DNA of 64,000 nt from Rhizophagus irregularis (Eukaryota). Both the position numbers and the translations under genes were made by a program. The notes beneath the pieces were generated by a model. That model saw nothing but the letters and a program-made list of their open reading frames with translations. It did not search any database and was not told where the DNA came from. Positions 51,830-61,862 of the stretch are shown here, one piece after another. The stretch covers positions 4,588,001 through 4,652,000 of the forward strand of contig NC_089431.1 in NCBI RefSeq assembly GCF_026210795.1, written 5' to 3'. How positions within the stretch are numbered: the first letter of the stretch is position 1; each line of letters opens with the position of its first letter.

Positions 51830-53392
51830 ATGTCTGGTATAATTAAATCAGCCCCTGTTCCCAATGGGTGCAGTACTGATAATAAAATGTTTATTGATTG
51901 GATTGAAAAGGCTATTAAAAATAATCACGTTAAATATTATGATTATAAAGACTTTTTAAAGTTTGAAGAAATTGGTTCCGGAAGCTTCGGAAAGGTCTAT
52001 CGTGCAGACTGGAAAAATCCTGGTATATACTTTAGCATTAAAATCTCTTAGACCCAAAGACTTCAGCAATGTAAAAATCGCCGAAAAACTTATTTATGAG
52101 GTTATTACATTATACTAATATATACATTACTTCCATCATTATAATGATACATTTGTAATTAAAATCTATTTGAACTACTTAGCTTAAAATCCAGCGTGAA
52201 GTGCATTGTTATCACAATATTATTAAATTTTATGGCATTACGATAGGTATAATAATTCTAACATTATATTATATGAATTTTAATATATTTTACGAAATGT
52301 AAAGTGTACAATTATTTTCGTTTTATTTTCTTTTAATTAAGAAAATCCAAATGATAGTTTAAAGAAATATATGTTGGTAATGGAATATGCCGACAGTGGT
52401 ACTCTTCGGAATTATCTAAGAGAAAACTTTAGTAATCTCATTTGGAATGATAAATTTAGAATAGCTTATCAATTAGCTAACGCTGTATCGTGTTTACATA
52501 ATGAGGGTGTTATTCATCGTGATTTGGTAATTCATTCGTATTTAATTACATTTATTTTGAGATTATAATTTATAAATTAATTATTTTATTTATTTTATTT
52601 ATTGTTAAATAATAGCACTCCGAAAACGTATTGGTCCATACCCATCGAAACAGTCGAACCTCGAGAAGCGAACAAGATTTCAGTCATTTCACCATCAAAT
52701 TGGCTGATTTTGGATTATCAAAACAGATGGATATATTAGTTAGATCAAAATCGGCAACTGGCGCAGTTCGGTACGTTGATCCAAAGAAATTTACGCTCGA
52801 AAAATACTCCTTAAATGAAAAGAGCGATGTTTATAGTATTGGCGTACTTTTATGGGAGATATCAAGTGGTCGGCAACCTTATATGGGTAAAGAAAAGTGG
52901 TTTTTAGTTGTGAATGTTCCGAAAGGTCTTAGAGAAACACCTATCCCTAATACACCTGAGGATTATATCAAGATTTATACTGGTAAATATAATTTAAAAA
53001 GTTTGATTATGATATACTGTACAATATGATAATGCTGCTATCATAATTTTATAGATTGTTGGAAACATGAAGTTAATGATCGTCCAAATATCAATGAGGT
53101 GGTTACTAGATTAGATGCAATTATTAAAAAAAATAATAATACAAATAATTCTCGGGCATATAATTTTGATACAGATGTCCAGCAGCCTATTTCATGTAAT
53201 TCTAATAGAAGCAGCCAGCGGCCTATTTCAAACTTTGCATATTCACGTAATTCTAGTACAAGTAGACATCAACCTATTTCAAACTTTGCTTATTCATGTA
53301 ATTCTAGTACAAGTAGCCAACAACTTGTTACAAGTAATTATAATTATGAAGAAATCGAACAGACGATTAGAAATATTAATAATAATTTATAA
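51830..53392 (+). pseudogene. TKL-type kinase K9 (no Sel1), +1 frameshift in exon 1
   Basis: Exons 51830-52100, 52183-52246, 52342-52526, 52616-52982, 53055-53392. ggtatatactttagca versus cgtaatactttagca in paralogs (+1 nt at ~52026). The other exons are open, so an assembly error is possible. Confidence 0.75.
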
Positions 53393-54763
53393 AAGTTAGT
53401 AATAAACCACATGAGACATCTTAATTTGGTTATTACATATAAAATATTAAATAGTCATTTTAAATCTTAGTAAATTCACTTTTAAATTTGTAACCAAATC
53501 ATTAGTTATAATTGTTTTTTAATAAAATTTTAGATTTAAGTCCAAACTTGCCGGATCTACTATTTTTGCGATTGCTGCGAACGATGTGAACGGTAAATCC
53601 CAATGAAACGTTAATATTTTTCATGAGAACTAAGCACTACTATATCAATACTTTGTAATACTCAATTATAAATTATTAACACTTGATTTCAAGTATAGTA
53701 TTTGGTGTGTTTAACCAGGATACCGGAAAAGACTCATGTAGGTAAAGTGATTTAATTGGTTGTCTACCCCTACCTACTCTTTCAAAAAATACCCATAACG
53801 TCCATAACACGTAGAATGGCCAAAATAATCAAGTAGTTTTCTCCTTTTATGGATAATTTTGATAACTCTAGTCAGGAAATTATTTCCTTTCTTAGATTCT
53901 GGCTGGTATTATTATAATTCCGGCCCTGAAAGAGATTCTTAGAGCTAATAGTAAAATTATTACCTTAGACTTACCGGGGTCCTTGTTTAGCCGTTTACTA
54001 CGAATTACAGTAGCCGCATTTATTTGATATTGTGACACTTTTACTTGTTCGTTATTAAAAAAAAATAAATTTATTAATAAATAATTTTCCTTAAAAAAAA
54101 AAATTTTTAATAATTTAATTTATTTAAAAAATAAAATTATACGATGCAGTATCATAACATTATTAAATAAAAACGGCATAATTATAATTATTTCTGGTGC
54201 TATAATTTCTATAACATAATTTATTTACTGATATAGCTTGTGATTCATTTGACATGATAGAGAAGCATTATAAAAAAAATTATTGCAATTTAAACCAACT
54301 TGATTTTGATCACATGTTTGGAGTTAAGCATCATAAAAAATTTCATTGATCGACAATCACATGATTTTGACTTTATTAGTAGGTAAAAAAAATAAAAAAA
54401 AATAAAAAAATAAAATTTTATGACAATCAACTTTGGAGATGATTATAAATATGTTATGACGGAGATAAATATCATATTGGGCTAAGATAAAATTTAACTA
54501 ATTTAACTACATTTCTTTTCCGCTTATTAATGGCCTTAATAATCTAAAGGCGCTATCCAGCTGATCCATTTGTCCGATTATTGGTGTCATTTATTCCCTT
54601 ATTTGATTATATTCTGTATATGGAAATAATAAAAACCATACATTCCATACATAGAAAACCATACTCCAATGATCGACAGATTCTTGGGAATAATTTCTCC
54701 GATTGTTAATTATTTATAAACTTGAACATTTCCTTCGTAGCAAAAGCACTTCCATATATAAAA

Positions 54764-56572
54764 ATGTCTAAAAATTGGATTGAAGAAGCTATTTCAAAAA
54801 AATATATTAAATATTATAACTATAAAGACTTTTTTAACTCTGAAGTAATTGGCTCTGGAGGCTTCGGAAAGGTTTATCGAGCAAACTGGAAAAATTCTCG
54901 TAATATTTTAGCACTAAAATCTTTCAGAGACTCCACAAACAAAAACATCGTTGAAGAGGTGGATTACATTATAATATATATTTCGTCTTTAGATGAATAC
55001 TTTTTTTAATTTAAAAATTCTTTTATTATTTAGCTTAAAATCCAGTGCGAGGTACATTTTCATGATAATATTATAAAATTTTATGGTATTACAGAAGGTA
55101 TAATAAATATTTTTAATATTATTTATTTTATGTGAAAAATTTTAATACAATTTATAAAAAATCTAAATCATTTATTTTTTTCTAATAAGTTAATGATTAT
55201 GGTTCAAAGAAATACTATATGTTGGTGATGGAATATGCCGACAGTGGTACTCTTCAAAATTATTTAGAAAAAAATATTGCAAATCTCAATTGGGATAAGA
55301 AATTCAAAATGGCAAACCAATTAGCTTGTGCCGTATCATGCCTACATGATATGAATATTACTCATCGTGATTTGGTAATTTATTTATATTATATTATATG
55401 TATTATATTTATTATTCATTTGTAATCTTATTTATTTATTATTATATAATAGCGCTCCAGCAACGTGTTAGTCCATCAAAATAATATCAAATTGAAGGTC
55501 GATGTCCCCAAACTATCAAAAAAATATGATGTAATTCCTTATATTGATCCAACAAAGTTCTTCGCCGATTTACACTCTCTGGACAAAAAGAGTGATGTTT
55601 ATAGTATTGGTGTACTCCTATGGGAAATATCAAGTTGTCGATCACCTTTCAAAGACGTATCTAATCAATATAGATTACAGAATCAGATTTTGCAAGGTCT
55701 TAGAGAAACACCTATGCCTAGTACACCTAAGGATTATGAACAAATTTATACTGGTAAATATAATTTAAAAGTTTAATTATGATTTAAAATATCATTAATA
55801 ACATTGATGATATTGTTAATTTATAGATTGTTGGAAACCTGAGCCAGATGATCGTCCAACTATCCAAAATGTAGTTTCTAGATTAGAAGAAATTATGGTG
55901 AAACGTAATATAACTACAAAGCATGTTTGGGCACCTCCTATTAATAATTTATCACGTAATAATTTATCTCAAGGTTTTAATAATAATATTTATAATAAAA
56001 TCAAAGTAGAACCTTTAAAGTCACCGAGTAAAGCACCTCAGGCTAGCTTTTATAAGCAAAAATCTAAGAAAGAGATAGTTGATGGAATAGCTGCTCTTGC
56101 TGATAATATATATGACGAAAATAAAAAACAGAGAATTCTTGATTACATTAAAGATCATCATACGACATCAAAAGAAATTTTTGACTGGCTATTAAACAAT
56201 CAAAATGGAATCAACCCTAATATTGTACTTGGAGATTTTCATTATCTAGGAATTGCAACTATGGTTGATAAGCGAAAAGCCTTTGATTACTATGTACAAG
56301 CAGCTCTTGAAGAAAGTAGTATAGCTCAGTATACTCTTGGAATTTTATGTGAAAATGATGAAAAAGATACGTTTCAAGCAATGTATTGGTTTGACAAATG
56401 TGCTAAACAAGGAAACCAAGATGCTATAAATCATTACTATAGATTAAAATCATCTAAAAACAAAACCTTTAACCCCGCAAATTTACATAGTGTTATGGGT
56501 AAAATGAACCTAGGGAATGAAGAGGAACGAAAAGGTTTCAGTTTACAGGACTTTAAATTACCATTTGTGTAA
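54764..56572 (+). CDS. DFG-less pseudokinase + Sel1-like repeats, K10, ~496 aa
   Basis: Exons 54764-54958, 55034-55097, 55190-55374, 55453-55753, 55827-56572. The frame is intact but reads NIKL-KVD, lacking ADFGLSK. Confidence 0.85.
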
Positions 56573-57049
56573 ATACTTTAAATTTATGATCTGAGGAGCA
56601 GCCTGCAGTAGCTTCGCTTTTTCAATAATTATTATTCCATTATATTAAAATTTCCTTCACATCCTTAATAAATTAATTCATTTATTAAATTATTTATTTT
56701 AATGCTTTAGGATGGTTTTATAAATTCATTTTTACTTCCTTAAAGAAATTACCGATGCATTAAAAACAATCTAATAAATCACATGACTATAACTATATCA
56801 AAAAATGGTTGACCATTTTTGAACACTGGTAATACTATGGTGTATCATGAATGAAACTATATAAAAGGCGAAAAATTGAAAGAATTACGTCAAATACATG
56901 TTAAACATGCGATAATGCATATCATAATGAAATAATGAAGCTTATGCAACGTATACAATTACTGCTGCCATTATTTAAAAATAAAGAAAAAGTTTAAACT
57001 TTATTAAAAAGGACAGAGCATCTGTTTATATATCTGTTTCTATCGGTAA

Positions 57050-57127
57050 CCCTATAAAAAGTTTTTCAGAAAAATGATCACGTGTCAGAGTTTCTTCGAA
57101 GTTTATTCCAAAATTTTTTTTGTAGGG
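57050..57127. mobile_element. 78-bp micro-MITE (CCC...GGG, 3-bp TSD TAA)
   Basis: taa|ccctataaaaag ... ttttttttgtaggg|taa. Confidence 0.75.
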
Positions 57128-58923
57128 TAAAGATTTTTAATTATAAAAAGTATTTATGATATACTAGCAATAACTAATTTTTTAAAACGCAAATAGACGT
57201 CACAAATACAGTATTGCAATTTTTTTAGTTGATACGGAAAAAAATATTATCCGCCTGTAGCACAATTTTATCCAAATTTTTACTAAAAATCTACGTTTAC
57301 TATTTTTTCTCTTCACTTTACTTTTATTTTGGTCCATATTTTGCTTAACAGTTATATTCTGAATAAACAACGAAACAAAGTATACTTAGCAAAACTTGGA
57401 ATATCAACAATACTTTATATTCTTTTCGTCTGCATATTGTCATTCAGAATTCTCCATATGTTCACCTAGAGCGTATTTCTGCTTTATCGAAATACGAACG
57501 TGGTGAAGTAGCAAGCGAGATTAAAATATCCATTTTACTATAGTGCATTAAAACGTGTGATCAAAGATTATCTATTCTTGTGTGAAAAAGGAATAAAATA
57601 ATTTACACTCGATCCATCTTTATAAAAAATTCATTTCGTGTTATTATTCCATCACCAGGAAATTTTTTATGTGTAGAGAATATGCAAAATTTCGTGCATG
57701 AAAAAACTGATTTGCACACCCTGCCTGAAAATGCACATTATTTGCATATTTAATATATATAATATGTATATTGAGTAATTTTCTATGTGATATATTGTAA
57801 AAAATTTGTACAAAAAATTACATATAACTATATTGCATAAATTTTGAGAAATTTAAGTATTTGTGCAATATAAAAATTTAGTGATGATGTTATTTCCGTA
57901 AATATATCATAATCGCGGAATTATAGCCTCAAAACATAAAATTATCCAAGTCGCTTAGATTTTTAGTCAAAATTTCAGCTAGACCTTTTTCAAAGTAAAG
58001 TTTATTAACTGATGCAAATAAATGTTTTATATCTTTGTAACCATAGTTAAAAAAAATAAATAAATAAAAAAAAAGTACCAAAAAAAGTTGTTCAATATGA
58101 GTGTTAAAAAAATTTGAGCTATTTTTTCAATGAATTCATGCAAGTTATGAGTTTATTGAAATTTATCTAAAATCTTTACTATACAATACATATTTAATTT
58201 GATGTTACATTATGAAAAAAAAAATTTTATATATCAGATTATAATAACCCATATCATCTTACGCCTATTACGTCAAAATGGAGATAATATACAATTATAT
58301 TGGGTTAAGCTAAAATTTACTTACATCTCTATTCCGCTTATTAATGCTTAGTAAAGGTCATAGATGGAAGCCTAATAATGCTCCAAATATGAAAGTTGTT
58401 TATTCAGTATATTACCATATTATTTATGTATGGAAATAATAAAAACCATACATTTCATACGTAGAACTATGTTTTTTTTGGAATATTTTATCGTAGAGTA
58501 AAAACAGACAATTCCCTTTTCCTATTCGGTAATCTGTCGTACTCTCTAAAATATAGTGTGACAATTTTTTTATGACCTGTTTACGATCATCAAAACATCT
58601 ACACCAAGATAAAATTTAACTACATTTCTTTTCCGCTCATTAATGGCACTTTAATGACAAAGGACGTAAATGGAAGCCTAATGATCTGAAGGCGCTATCC
58701 AGCTTTGTTAGAATATAATCCGATTGTCCGATTAATAGCGTCATTCATTCCCTATTCTGTATATGGAAATAATAAAAACCATACGTTCCATACATAGAAA
58801 ACACGTTTTTTGTACTCCAGTTGCTTTGGGAATAGTTAAACAATAATTCCTCCGATTATCAATTATTTATAAACTTGATTTTAAGACATTTCTTTCGTAG
58901 CAAAAGCACTTCCATATATAAAA

Positions 58924-60128
58924 ATGTCTAAAAATTGGATTGAAATATCTCTTTCAAACAAACATATTAAATATTATAACTATAAAGACTTTTTTAACTT
59001 TGAAGTAATTGGCTCTGGAGGCTTCGGAAAGGTTTATCGAGCAAACTGGAAAAATCCTCGTAATACTTTAGCATTAAAATCTCTCAACGACTATACAGCT
59101 AAAAACATTGTTTACGAGGTGTCTACATTATAACATATATGTTTAACATATATTTCGTCTTCAGTTTATAATATATGCATGTCTAATAAAAAAAAATCTT
59201 TATTATTTAGCTGACAATCCAGCGCGACGTCGATTTTCATGAGAATATCATTAGGTTTTTGGGCATCACAATAGGCATATAATTTTGATATTAGTTATAT
59301 GAAATTTTAATGTAATTTATAATTAACATTTATTTCTTTTTAACAAGATAATCAAAATTCTGAAAAGTCTGGTTATATGTTGGTAATGGAATATGCAAAT
59401 AATGGTACTCTTCGAAGTTATTTAGAAAAAAATATTTACAATCTCACATGGAATGATAAATTCAAAATGGCATATCAATTAGCTTGTGCTGTATCATGTT
59501 TACATGATGAGAATATTATTCATTGTGATTTGGTAATTCATTATTTTATATTACATTTATTATGTATTTATAATTTTAATTCAGTTATTTTATATAATTA
59601 TAGCACTCCAACAATGTGTTAATCCATCAAAATATGATCAAATTGGCTGATTTTGGATTATCAAAAATGATTGATGGCCCAAGTGCATCAGAACAAGGTG
59701 GTGTAATTCCTTATACTGACCCGAAAAGGTTCGTAACTTATTCATACTCTCTGAACCAAAAAAGCGATGTTTATAGTATTGGCGTACTTCTATGGGAAAT
59801 ATCAAGCTGTCGGCCACCTTTTAAAGATAAGTCTAATCAATTTGTATTACCGATTAAGATTTCGCAAGGTCTTAGAGAAACACCTATTTCTAATACACCT
59901 AAGGACTATGAAAAACTTTATACCGGTAAATATAATTTGAAAGCTTAATTATGATCAAAATATTATCAATAACATTGATGATATTGTTGATTTATAGATT
60001 GTTGGAAACATGAATCAGATGATCGTCCAACTATCCAAAATGTAGTTACTAGACTAGAAGCAATTATGACGAAATATAATATAACTGCGAGGTCTGCTTG
60101 GATACCTCTAATGGGCAGTTTTATATAA
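58924..60128 (+). CDS. TKL-type kinase K11 (HCD), C-terminally truncated by an insertion, ~298 aa; possibly a pseudogene
   Basis: Exons 58924-59118, 59211-59274, 59348-59532, 59604-59925, 59998-60128. The intron 2 donor is GC. Similarity to K12 stops abruptly at ~60108. Confidence 0.7.
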
Positions 60129-60480
60129 CACTGTTTTATATAACATATATAGCGTGTTATATAACTGTTACATTGTTACAGTATATAACAGTTATATAAC
60201 CAAATAAGCATTTTTAAGAAAAAATATTTATTGTGAGATAACTTTTATCTAATAATCATAGAAAAAATAAAATATGGTTTACTAGATTCACCTCATTGAG
60301 ATGCATCTAATGATGGTAATTTTATATCTCTGACAATCATAGGTCAACAGATATTCATGAGTTTTTAAAAACAGTTAAATGAAGCTAATTCACTATATAT
60401 CAATATTAGAAAAATGAAACAACTACCATTGGATACGTCTTTATGAGACGAATCTAATGTATGTGCTTCATAATTTTACA
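60112..60480. mobile_element. repeat/TE-like sequence replacing the K11 tail
   Basis: Begins gggcagttttatataac with repeated tatataac motifs; imperfect inverted pair at 60283-60312 / 60427-60457. Right boundary not determined. Confidence 0.5.
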
Positions 60481-61862
60481 GTAATTAATTAGAAAATTAT
60501 ATCAATATTAAAATTGTCAAGGTTGCGAAGTTGCAGTAGCTGGTTAATCATTTTGTATTATTAAATTATTAATAATTAGTGATTCGATTTTCATAAATTT
60601 TTTATAGATGTATTACATCGGGAAATTTTTTACAGGTGATATATAGCGATATATATCACTTTATCGATATATATCCCATTATTTTTAAAATGTGATATAT
60701 ATCGATAATAATCGCACTCGTCGATTATTAACAATATGATTAAATTAACAACTGTATCATCACTAATGATTATTATCTTACAGTAAAACAAATTAGATTA
60801 TTTATTGTATTAAATATTAAATAACATTATATTATTTATTGTTAGATAACGTTAAATTACTATATTGTTAAATGTAGTTCAGTTTTATTATATCAATAAA
60901 ATACATTTGAAATCTATGCTAAATCTATACTAAATTCCTAAACAAATCTATTATGTGTCTAATCGGATCCCAACATTCCTTATTGATACTCTACTAATCG
61001 TATTATAATATCGTTCATTTACAAAGGAATCTGCCTACAAAACGTTCTGATAAAAGAAAGAGTTCATTACCAACTCTTTTCTACCTTTACTGAAATCAAT
61101 CTCTATAGATTTGATGTACTGACCACCTAAAAAAAGAAAAGTAATGAAATGTTAATAATCATTTCGTTAAAAGGATATAATTTTTTTAAAAAATATAAAA
61201 ACTGATATCCACCTTAAATCATCACAAATTATAAAATTTTGCCGATGTTCATTGCGTGACAAATTGGTCTCGTGATTGTAATTAATTTGTATCGATCATA
61301 ACATTTAAATTACAACAATGAAACAATAGTACAACTTAGAAATACAAACAATACTTTATATTTGTGCAGCTTTCCATATGCGCATAACAAAAAATTTTTA
61401 AAATCTACTATTAAATTTCATATAATACCGATACGTATTTAATTTTGAAAAAAATTACGTATCAGATTATAATAACAAATTCTATTACGTCAAAAAAAAA
61501 TGAATAAAACAAAGCAACAATTTCTCATTATAATCGATCGTCAAAAAAATTGACAATCAGCTTTGGAGATGTGTAAAAATGTCAATATCGGGTTAGGATG
61601 AAATTTTATATTCCGCTTATTAATGTCTTTAAATGGAAACCTAATAATGAAGTCGCTATCAAATTGTTATTATTTATTGTATTACCTTATTTTATTATAA
61701 TGTATATGTATGGAAAAAATAAAATAAATAAAACCATTCCATATACGGTTTTGTAACCCAATGATCAACTTTCACTTTTGGGGAATAATTTTTCCGATTG
61801 ATATTGTTTTATAAACTTGCTTTTTAAAAGAAATTTAAACCACTTTACTTCTGTAGATAAAA

